From Mytilus trossulus (taxonomy: Eukaryota): 64,000 nucleotides of DNA. The DNA lies in contig NC_086380.1 in the NCBI RefSeq assembly GCF_036588685.1, positions 46,128,001 through 46,192,000 on the forward strand. Direction: 5' to 3'. The notes under the pieces were generated by a model. That model did no database searches and had not been told where the DNA came from. It worked only from the letters and a program-made list of their open reading frames with translations. Shown here in pieces: positions 26,211-38,677 of the stretch. The position numbers and the translations under genes are program-made. Numbering within the stretch: the stretch's first letter is position 1; every line of letters starts with the position of its first letter.

Positions 26211-27204
26211 TCTTAGACCTGTACATTTGAACATACATGAAAATAATCTACCGTTCTATGTTACAATAACGGCCTCAGTGAGGGCACATGTCCTTCCACT
26301 ATCACGTAATATATCACACAGATTATAAAATTTACGTCAGTGTGCCCTGGTAGTTCGTGCAAATCCGCGCACTTTATATCTATAAATAGTTTGCGCATGC
26401 GCAAAAATGTTAAATGCATGTGCATCAAAACCTTAAATAAATGTTATTGAACCAATTCATAATAGCATTACAAATCCAAAAGCACTTAGTATATAGCAAA
26501 TAAATCAAAGTTTTTTTTTGAATATTGTACTATTTTCGCGCATGCGCAAAACCTGAAGAGCCACATAGGTATTTCTAGTATATACGTCATATGTAAGGAA
26601 TCTAGCCATCAAACCTGGTAATATTTTATACAAACGAAAGGTAAAAGAAAACGTTTTCCAGAAAGAAAAAAAAATTTAGAACATGAAAAATAGCCATTTA
26701 AAGAAAAAGACCGTGGCCATCTTGATTTTTTTTTATGGCCAGCAGTTTTTTTCTTAAATAGTAAATACTATTGATACTTCATGCTAATGTTCATGCTTGT
26801 ATCATCATTTGCACAATTCTCTCGATTTTGCTTGCTAATATCTTCCACTACTATGCAATATATACGGAGTTATTTCTTAAAATATGTCATATAACATATA
26901 CGTGATAATACAGACAGACAAATTTTATTTTACCCTGATACTTGATAAGTGTTGGACTAATGCGTTGTCGGAATATCGGGTTGTCGGACTAATGGGCTTC
27001 CGGAACAAAGGGCTGTCGGAATAATGGCGTGTAACCGATACGACAACCGTGCATGCTGGCTGTTCAAAAACCTCTCCCTCCGAAAAATCACAGTGCCAGC
27101 TGTTTGCTTCTTTACAAACAAAAAAGGGATGTTCATGAAAGAACCTACACAATCGCTTTACCCTTATACACATCGGACATATAAATTACCTTCATTGTCC
27201 TAAT

Positions 27205-28012
27205 TGAAGTTGCTTCATTCTTTCACATTAGTTTGTACTTTTGAAACTTTTGCCTCTTTTAATTTCAAAATAATCGATGCAAGCTATATTTTATTGAAAT
27301 TTTAACATGGGTAGGTATTATATTCGTGTTATTTTAGCCCTCACTATCGCTCGTGCAAAAATAATCACGAATATTATAATGCTTACCAATGTTAAAACTA
27401 CAATAAAGTATAGCTTGCATCAATTATTTCTTAATTTAAAGAGGCAAAACTTTCAAAAGTACAAACTAATGTGAAAGAATGAAGCAACTTCAAAATTACC
27501 TGCTATATAACATTTGATAACCAATTTCAAAATCACATTATAATTTAATTGACAAATTGTGTCCACATAGCAATGATTTATTGCTGATTCTCATCCTCAT
27601 GTCGTCTATCTTTGTTGTTTTGATAATGCGAAAATTTCGTTACACTTTTGCAGCCTCTTAGGTCAAGCTCTTTCCTGAATTTCTCAGGTATCAATGGCTT
27701 ATTCATCAATTATATCTTCCATAATCCACTGGCGGCATAGCACTTCAAAGTAGATAGTCAATATCAAACATACCCTTTTTTTAATCAATAAAACCCGAAA
27801 ACGTAAAATCTAAAATTTATAATAGTCTAAAGAGAGCTTACCTCATGCAAAAGATTTACAAAGTTCATCAAAGTTTCTTGAAAACAGCTGAAAGCTTTTT
27901 TAATTATTGTCCGAAAACGGGGTCCACCACAAAAAAATGTTTAAATTGTGACAACAAAGTAGCATGCTATGAGTCCCTTGCACTATGTTCTATGGACCAT
28001 TTGATAAAGGAT
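27205..28012 (-). repeat. Palindromic repeat: short left arm, centre (~27340) and long right arm homologous to 7613-8267
   Basis: 27205-27340 folds onto ~27345-27492; the right arm continues as the reverse complement of 7613-8267. Confidence 0.8.
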
Positions 28013-28569
28013 TAGTCCGGCCGATTGGTGCAGATATAGAGCAGAATTGCTCACTTGATGAGGAAAGCATGAAACTTTGCATAGTAGTTCTTGGTTATAT
28101 ACCCTTTGATTTCAGCTATGGACCCACTCTGAAAAATCCAATATAGCTGCCATTTTCAAGAGGGCGGAAAAACGGTATAAAATTCAAGATTGTCCTAATG
28201 GTATTCTATACAATTTCGGAAATTAAAGTAATGATTCATTAAAAATGGACTTCATGTTCTTGAATTGGTTATTAATTAGTTTTTAAGTATAAAACAAATA
28301 ATTTTAGTATTCCTATAACACATAAGTTGCAAATAGGTTTGCATATACAACAACAAATAATGAAATTCAAAATGTTAATCAATATGTTTACATGTTATTG
28401 TAATTATTCTTTAAACGCTTTCAGTTTTAATGGTTGAGGTTTTGAATGTCAAGTGTAGCGTCAAATGACAGCTTATTTAACGCTAATTCCATAAATGTAT
28501 TATTTCTATGGAAAAAGATATGGAATGCAATGGGTTGAAACGAGTCGATTGACGTTAATATAGGTCGGT

Positions 28570-31520
28570 TAAATGTGATGGAAAAGTAGGTAACTCATCT
28601 GAACTTTGAGGTAGTGGCTCTTCAACGCCACGTATTGCGTTTTCATCTGCCGTACCAACTACATCGTCAAATTATTCTATGTAATCAATAGGTGTACCTT
28701 TCTTTTTTAAACGATTGCCATCACTTAAACTGTTAAGGGGCAACTATTTCCTTTTCCAACTACGTGCGTAACAAATTTACAACTAAGCAGCGAGCATGTT
28801 TCTAAAATGCACTCCTGGTCAGCACTTTTAGTAGTTTTAATGGTAACAGTCATGTTTGAATTTGGCGGAACTGCGATGGTTCGTTTTATGCAAACTAGCT
28901 GAGTTAAAATCTCGTTTACACTATTAACAAATGGCACATTTATCACTTTATTGTTGATGGTAATTGTTGGAGTACTAAGGTTGATCCCTGCGCTCAGTGT
29001 GTCCAAAGTTACTAGCCTAAGTATGACATCGTCTGTTAATGGCTCTTTGCACACATCTCATTGTATATTTACTCTATAATGTCGTTCGTTATATTCTTCC
29101 AACCAAACCACGTAGCGTTACGTTCTCAAAATCTCCATTTTCTGCCGGAATTAATTTTTCATTTACTAATGTTATCATTACAGCAGTGTCCACAATCATG
29201 CTCACATTCTGGTCATGTATAGTACCTCGTGCTACTAAGCTCGTAAGGTTTGTCTGTTGACAATATTGGACAAGGCAGTGGGCTTCTGTTCGATTTTGTG
29301 ATGAGGTAATGTTTCATGGCCAATAGTCTTTGGAATCTGAGTTGTCCTACTGACGCGACCCTTTGCTCCATTGTTGGGGTTACACTTTGATATGATCCGT
29401 ATCCTGGTGAAGGTGGCTGTTGTCTGAAAAATTTGGGATTTCTTGAGTTTGTCCGTAGAGATGCTAACCGTTGTCTTTAGGGACTATTTGATCTCTAGCT
29501 TAGTGGGGAGGATGCAAATCGATAGGCATTAAGCTTGGGTGTACCTCTATCTGCCGATTTACCGCGATAGTATTGCTCAAGAGATCTTCCTCGTGTATAT
29601 TGATCAGGTGATCTTCCATTGAACTGGTCATCTTCCATGATTTTTTTATCAGAAGAACCGAGATTTTATTGATCGGCCTATCTAAATTTATGCTGATTAG
29701 TTGAAAGCATAACATCAGCTAGTTTTCTGAAAATTTATGTGAGGTTATGCAGCTCATAATCCAAAGGACTGCTCATATTTTCTTAATCGGTCGGTGATAC
29801 TGTGCCATCCGCAAAGTAGACTTGTTGAAGGTTATAATTGGCATTTTTTTTTATCCATATATCGCCGTCTGGTTTGCTTTTGAGGTTTTCAATTGTTTTA
29901 ATGCCTTGTTTCTGGGTCTTTATTACATGCCTAGAAGAATCTTTGTCTTTACATCCTCGACGGAATGCATTGGTTCGAATCTGTCTTGATCGTCTTTCTT
30001 GCTAAAGCGCTGCTCCAATGGTTTATTTTTTGGGGCCTTGGAGTCATCATCTGTGTTTACCTTGCGAGCGTTCTCATAATTCAACACCGGCCTGGCATAA
30101 TGGGGCCTACACTCATTATTCCTGATTTCCCATTGTCATCTACCGGCAGTAAGTTCAAATTGGTCAATAAACGCCATCCAAGTGATGGATCCTCTCCAAT
30201 TTCTTCATTTTTGGCAGCTGTGGGCCTTGGCTCCTGTCCCTTGCACTCAAGATTGTCTTGCCATCGGGTATGTTCTCTCTCCAGTGAGGAGTCTGAAGAA
30301 GAGGTGTTGCCACACTTGTTTTGTTTCCTCTGCACCTTCCTGGATCGGTCAATGGAGTCAGCTTGCTGATATGGCAAGCATGTTAGAGCTCCAGAAGCGG
30401 ACGAGGTTATCATCAATGGAGTAATAAATGTGGGATTTGTCATTGACTCGACGGGGATGATACCATAAGTACTTGATAGAATCCAATTGCAGCCAGTTGT
30501 TTCTGTAATGGTGTGCTGATCTGAACCAAATATTATTGACTCGTGGTAGATGGTTAGTGTGCGTAAGAAAACTCATAAGCCTTTTGATGGTATCATTGAT
30601 TAGTACTAGAGGTCTATATAAAAAAGAGGATGTGGTATGATTGCCAATGAGACAACTATCCACAAAAGACCAAAATGACACAAACCTGTTCTTTAATGGA
30701 GATTGTTGTTGAATAATTTAAACTGTCTCATGCAGGGCAAAGGGCCTTGACATAGGACTTTTGACTTTAGGTGAAGACACCTTCAACAGAGTTGGCGCGG
30801 TTGATGGTTCATGCGAACTACAATGGGGAAAGACCCACGGCATGTATTTTGTTGTGTACTTTTGGTAATCTTGCGTTGTACAGGCAAATTTACTCATAGA
30901 TGATGTGTTCATTGCATAATCATTAACTTTTTTTATGTCGATTGTCTACTAATTCATTTACAACAGATGCCAGTTGTTGGAAGTTATCCTGCTGTTTAAA
31001 TGCAAATTTGAATTGCAATGTGTCTCCTTCCTCAATTGTTGTCAGCTTGTCCATTCGTCTCACCACAACATTGAATATCTTATTGGTCTGACATTCAATT
31101 CCGCAAAGCAATTAATACTAGCCTTGTGCTCTATCCTGTCTTCAGACTGCTGAAGTTGCTGAGATATTGCTTTCATTTGTTTGTTATTAATATTCATTGC
31201 CTCTTTCTGTTCAGCTTGAAACGTAATGAGACCAAGAAATATTTCATAAATTCGCGCTTCGCTCTGTTTTATATTGCAGTAAACTTCACCTGTTCTTTGA
31301 GCATTTGATTTTCGATCTGCTAAATATTCTTGGTACAATTGTTTTATAGTCATTTCTGAGCTGTCCTCTGTTAAAGTGTCTTCAGCTATGGGTTTCTCCA
31401 TATCCCCAAGCGATCCAGTTTTTGCCATTTCAATGTTCTTGTCCTTCTTGTCCTTTATTCCTGCCATTTCACAAATATGTTCATCGTCAGCACTTTTTAT
31501 GCTGACATGAATTATCATAG
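28570..31520 (-). pseudogene. Highly decayed Gypsy-like gag-protease
   Basis: Minus-strand WMAFIDQFELTAGR*QW (gag-like, ~30140-30190), coiled-coil fragments at 30923-31518 and aspartic-protease motif VSMIVDTAVMIT (~29170-29205). Confidence 0.55.
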
Positions 31521-31702
31521 ATTATCTTAGCTGTATTTGGCATACCTTTTAGGAATTTTGGCCCTTAATGCTCTTCAACTTCGTACTTTATTTGGCCTTT
31601 TTAAATTTTTTGATTCGAGCATCACTGATAAGTCCTTTGTAGACGAAACGCGCGTCTTGCGTATATACAAAATGTAGTCCTGGTATCTGTGATTTGTTTA
31701 TT
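31518..31702 (+). ncRNA. Retrozyme-type repeat with a type I hammerhead ribozyme motif (degenerate)
   Basis: CTGATAA-GTC(ctttgta)GAC-GAAA-CGCGCG-TC at 31625-31656; the core reads CTGATAA instead of CTGATGA. Confidence 0.7.
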
Positions 31703-33057
31703 TTAGTGATTCTCAATTCACAGTTTTATGTCTCAAATTGCAAAATATTGCTACCCTTAGCGATAAAAGAGGGACGAAAAATACCAAAGAGACAGTCAAA
31801 CTCATAAATCTAAAATAAACTGACAACGTCATGGCTAATGAAAAATAAAAATGAAAACAGACAAACAATAGTACACACGACACAACATGAATTCCACCTA
31901 AAACTATGGTACTGGATAATATCTTAAGGCAGATAAATCCCAAATCAAAGCTTTTATGTTTGACCCAAGACAACTAATAGTGCAGCTTTTAATGAAAGCT
32001 ACTACTGCAGCTTTTTATGAAAGCTACTACTTTGTGTATAAAATGACAAGCAAGGCAAAATCAGAATGGACAGAACTGGGATAGATACCAAATGACACTA
32101 TGCATCAATAAAATGCTTATATGCAGGTCAATTCTCAATAATGAATATTTGCATATTTTTCAAGGCGGTCATTTTTTTAAAAGCCGCCATTTTGTTTTTC
32201 AAAAAAGATCAAAACAAAATCTTTCTAAGTACACCTTGTCATTCAAATATGTTGATTTTTGTGCACCCAGCATCAAATCCACTGTGGTTTGTGAAAAATT
32301 TGATTTTTTTGGAACGTACGGCAGCCATCTTGAAATAAGCCGCCATTTTGAATTTTGAGGTTGGGTCCATAGCTAATATTGCTCAGTACACAAAAATGTA
32401 CTATCATGCAAAAATTGGCGCTTTCCTCATAATTTGAGCAATTTTTTCACCGATCGGCCGGACTAAATGCTTACGTAAAGACATAAGGCCCTTTAATAAT
32501 CGTTGAACAACTGGCAGTTGTTCTAGCACGGACATTTGGCATATAAAAGACGCGTAAATTACTTCTGTGTCAAACAAATACATCGATAGGATGAAATCAC
32601 TATGTGCGTTATATATCAGAGCGAAATTGACGTTTGTTTTTAGTTGTCATTGATAATAACGGCTTAAAACGGTCAAGTTCAATTCGTAACTTTAATTGAA
32701 TATAAAACTTTATGAACTCCATTCATTTTAAGGCAGTGAAGTTTTAAGTACACAAATAAGTGTTTATTACTATAAGTGACATACACATTATGGCCAATAT
32801 GGTCAATTTTACCTGAAAGGTTATCAACGAAAAAATCGTTATATTAATCATGTTAAGGATGCTTCCTCCTCTTGTTTTAGAATTTTCGAAATTTCTCTTG
32901 CTTTAGATATTCGGAATCCTCTGGTTTATCCATATATCACCATTGCCCGCTACCCCCCTACTTTTCTTATCCTTATTTAATTAAATGTTTTTGACATATA
33001 ACATTTGTCAATGCTAAATGTACGGAAGCCCTGGAGTGCCATGCAAAAAAAAAAATT

Positions 33058-33400
33058 CAACTTGTGCGCACAAGTTACCAACTTGCGCGCACAAGTTACA
33101 AACTTGCGCGCACAAGTTACTATCTTGTGCGCACAAGTTACACAACTTGTGCGCACGAGTTACACAACTTGTGCGCACGAGTTACTATCTTGTGCGCACA
33201 AGTTACACAACTTGCGCGCACAAGTTACTATCTTGTGCGCACAAGTTACACAACTTGTGCGCACGAGTTACACAACTTGTGCGCACGAGTTACTATCTTG
33301 TGCGCACAAGTTACACAACTTGCGCGCACAAGTTACTATCTTGTGCGCACAAGTTACTATCTTGTGCGCACAAGTTACTATCTTGTGCACACGAGTTATT
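33058..33400 (+). repeat. Left subterminal array of 21-22-bp units with palindromic core AACTTGTGCGCACAAGTT
   Basis: About 16 units; explains the spurious repetitive ORFs at 33005-33446. Confidence 0.92.
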
Positions 33401-34999
33401 TAATATGTGCGCACGATTATTTGAGCCCTTATTGACATGCGCGTGATTTGTACATTGCGGATTTCTTGCTTGGATGAAGTTTATGAAGAAAGGTTAGTTT
33501 AATGATATTTAATCAATGTGACATAATGCATGGATGTTAAATGTCTGCATTTGTGAACACAATCTATGTAGCCACCGTTAGGAGCCGCGGTCTGAGACTT
33601 ATACTTTTCAACAACCATACTAATTCATGCTTTTTTCGTTATTGGAGATAAAAATGTTTTAAGAACGGTCAAATCATAAACCACAACCTTATTAACCCGA
33701 ATAATCCAGTCGTTATATTACGATCACTACGACCACTCCATTACCTCTGAGCACAATGATCATAAGGGTGCGTTGTTATTATTCAAGTTACAACCTTATT
33801 ACAAATTCAACAATTATGGGCTTAAGCTGACAAAATAACATTTTCCAAGTATTTGGTCCAATCGCATTCTTGTCGATTTCACATTGACAAAAAAAAAACT
33901 AATGCATTAGAGAAATAATGACCCGGGAAAAGTGAGCATAAACTGAATGTCCGAAACGTATTTGGTATGTATAATACTTCTAAAATCATTTCAGGTTATG
34001 AGAGTTTACCTCTTACTCTAACCTCAAAAATCATATTTAATCTATGTTTAAACTGTTAAAACGGGTACATATAAAATAAGAGTGGAAATCGAAACCAAAA
34101 CAAACAAAACGCAACGAAACAAAAAGAAAGGGAAAATGAAGAAACGAAATACAACCGAAATCAAAACTATAGATTAAAATTTTAACCCAATAGCACTTTA
34201 AGAATCCAACCCTTTAGTTTTATGCAATCATTCAATTGTGTGGTGTCCTTGATAGTTTTCATTGTTACAACTACGTTAAAACAGTAGGCTGTATATTTAA
34301 GGAAATATCCCTATTATCTCTTATTTGATGGTCTCTAAATTGATGATTGCAAATGCATTTACACTTTTCTACAAAACTGTGTGGATGTGCAGTACGTGTA
34401 ACGTACAATATAACATTTGATATTCAAGAATACTTTTTACGGACTTTGTCTTTGATCCTATCGGCTATCCTTATATGGGTAAATTTGAAGCGTGAGAAAA
34501 AAGTTCATGTCTTTGAAGTTTTCTAAAATGTATTCAGCACCAGGTGTTGCACGAGCCTCAGCCGGGTATACATGTATATAAAAGAGATATTATTGTTCAA
34601 ATGTTATAACTCAAAATAGAGCCAACTGAGAAGGAAAAGGTAATGTACGTACATTTTAGAATTATTTGACGGTGTTTTACACATTTTGATGTTGCGTTAT
34701 TTCCAGTTTCAGTAGCAAACAAGCTGATATTTGAATGGCTAAATAAATAGAAGATTTTAGTAGTCCGGGTCAATATATATAAATTAACCTAGAATACTTT
34801 ATAAGTATATTGTTCAAGAAAAGTATGATAAAATCATAATTCATAAATATCGACAAATAATAACAGTGCAAAACTTTACCTTTATATACCTTATATACTT
34901 ATTTTATAAATGCATTTAATTTAAAACCGATTATCCCAATTTTAACCAACTTGACTCTAACTCTTAACTTAAAACAATTATAGATCCCAAGTATAAATT

Positions 35000-35298
35000 T
35001 TTTTATGTCCCATTTATGGACATTATGTTTTCTTGTCTCTGCGCCCGTCTGTTCGTTCATCTGTCTGTCCGTTCGTCCGTCTGTCCCGCTTCAGGTTAAA
35101 GTTTTTGGTCGAGGTAGTTTTTGATGAAGTTGAAGTCCAATCAACTTGAAACTTAGTAAACATGTTCCCTATGATACGATCTTAATAATTTTAATTTCAA
35201 TGCCAAATTAGAGATTTCCCCCCATTTTCAGGGTCCACTGAACAAAGAAAATGATAGTGCGGATGGGACATCCGTGTACTGGGGACACATTCTTGTTT
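35000..35298 (+). mobile_element. Short Helentron-like (HINE) element
   Basis: 5' hairpin ATGTCC..GGACAT, (GTCC/GTCT)n microsatellite, 3' GTGT..ACAC hairpin followed by TTCTTGTT. Confidence 0.6.
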
Positions 35299-36534
35299 TC
35301 TATATAAAGAAAAATAATGGAATTGCGAACATAAGGTCCACATTGGTCAATTATCTATTGTCTATATAATTATATCTTGGGGAATACCCCGTTATTCTGA
35401 TACCCCAGTAGTCCGACACCCCAATAGTTAGACACCTTATTGGCCCGACACCCCACAAGTCCGAAACCCCTTTATCACGAATGTGACCTACCGATTTCGA
35501 CTATTTACCCCTATTTGTAGCATTTTTACTTTTGTGTCTGTTTGTTTTGTTTACGCCTCATTATCAATATTATAATATTTGACTATTGATTATGTACCTA
35601 GCCTAGCTGCTTAATAGATCTAGGTAGCAGCTAGGCTAGATACACGTTCATCAGTCAAAAATCTACGTAGCCCTATGTAGCTGTTACGATATTGCACGGC
35701 ACGCAACCCCGTTAAAAACATGCGGCAGTTTAAAAGGTGTTTCGTTCGAACTAGTTAGTGTCTAGAATCGATAACGAAACAATAAGCGACGACGAGCTTG
35801 AACACGGTTGTCGTCCCTTAATTTTCGTTATCCTCGAAAATATTTTCCTTGGTGTGGACAGTGTTACTTACCAATTTATTTCATACCCTTTCACAATTCA
35901 TTTCTTCACCCCTTCAACATACAATTGTCCATATTGTGAGTTAGATCTGATGAGGTTTTGGATAATTTTGATATAATTTGTCTAAATTTTCTAATTGTCT
36001 AAAAGAAATGCACCACGGAATAACTTCTGTTCTCGGGCCATATATAAGGTAGACCCTCTTGCAAAATGGATTACTGTTTTAAAATGGTTCTTTAATATTC
36101 TCTGCAAATGTGCAGGTTGATTTCGATTTAATATGCATTTCTTATGTTTCAAAATTGGTATCCGAAATATTTATTTTAAAATATTTATGAACAAAGAATG
36201 TACTTGCGTAGAAATTCGATATCAATAAGATTCCCCACCATTTAAGATGAGGGGCAGCTGTTTTAGGTCCGTGATTTTGTTAAATTTTTCGAACCATTTG
36301 TTATTATTGAAATTAAAAGAACGGTGAGTAATTTGGATCAAGATTTAGATTTAAAAAAAAACAGTTCTATGGAAACTGGTTAGTAAATTACTAATTGATT
36401 ATCGTTAGCTTTCACTTCTATAAAATTGGGTAAAACAGACTTCTTTGAGTTTCCTTTCCGAAGTAGGGAGCTTCATTGCTGACAGGTGAACAACAATACT
36501 TCAATTATAAATTTATTTTTTTATGTTATTTCAG

Positions 36535-36615
36535 ATGTCTGAACCTGACCTTTATGACTTCATGAGAAGTCGCAATATTAAAGATGATATTATAAGAACA
36601 TTGATAGAGGAAAAG
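36535..36615 (+). CDS. Transposon-borne SAM-HECT protein, coding exon 1 (N-terminal half of a SAM-like domain)
   Basis: TTTCAG|ATG; MSEPDLYDFMRSRNIKDDIIRTLIEEK|GTAAAC, phase 0; joins in frame to the acceptor before 39624. Confidence 0.75.
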
Positions 36616-37587
36616 GTAAACTTATTCATCAAAATGATTTTTTATTTAGTCCTTACATTTTATGCCTGATGGAGAGTTGTCTCATTGGAAATCATACAAC
36701 ATTTGCATCAATAGAGGGCATAACATCCTGATTTTATGTTTGTTTAATCTTAATTTTAGAGACATTTCGCTTTTGTTATACATCGACATATCTCTTTTTT
36801 AGTTCAGTTTTAAAAGTCCATCAACGACAAACATATTTGGGATACCTTTGATTGTCTATGTCAATTTCTAACACAAGACGATTTTTGTCTCGCTTGTGTT
36901 GAAAGTCTATTATTCGAGACACCAGGACTACTAAACAGTGATGGTGTAAACTATTTTTATAAATCTTTTTTTTCCCCATGGTGCCTCACATTGTAGGATG
37001 GTGAGATCGAATTACCGTCTGCTATATGTCCATTCACGGTCTTTGATTTAATTTCATTGTTCATAGTTAAATGCTAAGTTTTTTTGTGTTTTGGTCTGTT
37101 TATCATTTACTTAATCTTTAAGCTAGCAATAGGTGAGCTATACTTTTGATATATGGGATTATTGAATGATGTACCTGTTTGTCTGGAAGGTATCATATCT
37201 TCCTCATTTTTATGGTTCATTGTTCAATGTTAAGTTTATGTGTTATGGTTTGTTTTTTCAGTACTTTAAGGAGAAGTTCAACTATGAACATATCTGTCTG
37301 GCAGATATCAACCTTGGCCTCATTTTCATGGTTCATTGGTCAATGTTAAATTATTGGTTTCGGTTTGTTTTTCAGTTACCAATTAAAGTAATAGGTGGGC
37401 TATATTTGGTGTATGGAATAGTTGTAGGGTGTACACTTGGCCTCATTGTCATGGATCTTTACAAATTACAAACGTAACGGTTAATGTAATACTTATTTAA
37501 GAAATTTGCACGAGAACTGTATGTTTTAATGCAGTGTCTGTGCGTACCAGCATGCAGGTACTAATAGTCAGATTGCCGTTCGTAGGC

Positions 37588-38115
37588 TAAACTGGACCCC
37601 TGTTGTGTTCACTTATCGCTACACTGACAACAGGTATGGCCTAAATCCCGTGGTCACAATTCTGACCACGGGATTTGATAATTCGACGAGACTAGTGCAT
37701 CATGTGCTATGTTTATTATGTGTTATATAGTCTGGGGTCCTGGCTAATCTTGTCAGTATACGACGCGCAGCTAGATTGGGCCGGATCCCAGGCAAGAAAC
37801 AAGAAATTATCACATTTATAACCCTACTGAGATGTTAAGGGAATAAAAGATACCGGTTCAGTTTTTCAAGAACATGTTAACATGCTTGTTGGTCATTTAT
37901 CTGCACCACCACCATGGGGATACCAGATACTTATTTATTTTGCGGCATCACAGTAATAACATTTCACGGAGGTCAATTTCCTATCATTATAATTGGTCAA
38001 TTTTATTAGCGAATCGATGAATTTTTAAAACTCGTCCAATTAATGCCAATGTGACAATGGCACACCAACCTGTTCCTTCGGTGCAAAGCTATAGATGGAA
38101 CGGCGGACCAGTTTA
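37588..38115. mobile_element. MITE nested in the left TIR of the 37530-39554 element
   Basis: TIR TAAACTGG / CCAGTTTA; 9-bp TSD TTCGTAGGC (37579-37587, 38116-38124). Confidence 0.75.
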
Positions 38116-38238
38116 TTCGTAGGCTACGCGTACCCACATCCGGTTATAAAATAAAAATGCTATCGGATCGGAAATAAAACGTGAAATATGATTAAATTTA
38201 TACGGAATTTGTCGTAATTAGAGAATAGATTACAACTA

Positions 38239-38241
<3 letters not shown>

Positions 38242-38273
<32 letters not shown>

Positions 38274-38677
38274 CTCGTCTAAACATCAACCCAACAATGT
38301 TAGATCTGTAAATTTGCTTTCGCAAATTTTTGGTTCTTCCCTCGTCGGGATTCGAACCCATGCTACTGTGATATCGTGACACCAAATCGCCTGCACTGCA
38401 GCCGTCCCGCTAGACCACACGACCACCTGGGCTCTCAAAAAAAAAGAGCTTTCGGTGGGCATGTGTTACCTTTCCACGTCAGTTTTAATCTAGCGGCGTA
38501 CTACAGTACATGATATATAAGGCATGAAGATGTTATTGTTACAGATCAGCTAAATTATCTATAGTAGAGGATCCTACAAATTAATGTAAGATACAATCAC
38601 AGAAAATAATTATATTCATAAGTACGTCTGAGTCAGTGACAACCCTACAACAGATGTATCCATCGGATATATATATA
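38242..38677 (-). mobile_element. Retroposon with an internal tRNA-like module, embedded in (TA)n
   Basis: Minus strand has A-box-like GTGGTCGTGTGGTCTAG and B-box GGTTCGAATCC (~38340-38435); (TA)n on both sides. Confidence 0.65.

Larger units (their letters stand above)
20650..26850 (-). mobile_element. Decayed Academ DNA transposon (transposase remnants ~20650-22950; one TIR ending at 26850)
   Basis: Minus-strand fragments DHVNYARWLP..RDM and QNNANVK...AIGLTEDP resemble Academ transposases; the terminus reads TAGTGGAAGATATTAGC on the minus strand. The other TIR was not found. Confidence 0.65.
28013..32465. mobile_element. Non-autonomous Academ-like TIR element containing Gypsy debris
   Basis: TIR TAGTCCGGCCGATTGGTG / CACCGATCGGCCGGACTA with further subterminal complementarity (CTATGGACCC..); TAG...CTA ends; imperfect 3-bp TSD GAT/AAT. 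Confidence 0.7.

Noticed and set aside
7613-28012. A single 20-kb giant TIR transposon (e.g. Polinton)
   Set aside because: No polB, capsid or ATPase genes, no TSD, and the arms cross the outer DIRS boundary.
33005-33446. ORFs of 120-140 aa in all three frames and a CRISPR-like look (also 48891-49343)
   Set aside because: Artefacts of the stop-free 21-22-bp TIR arrays; spacers are only 3-4 nt, there are no cas genes and the context is eukaryotic.
38340-38435. Functional tRNA gene
   Set aside because: A/B boxes are present but the acceptor and anticodon arms are irregular and it sits inside a repeat flanked by (TA)n.
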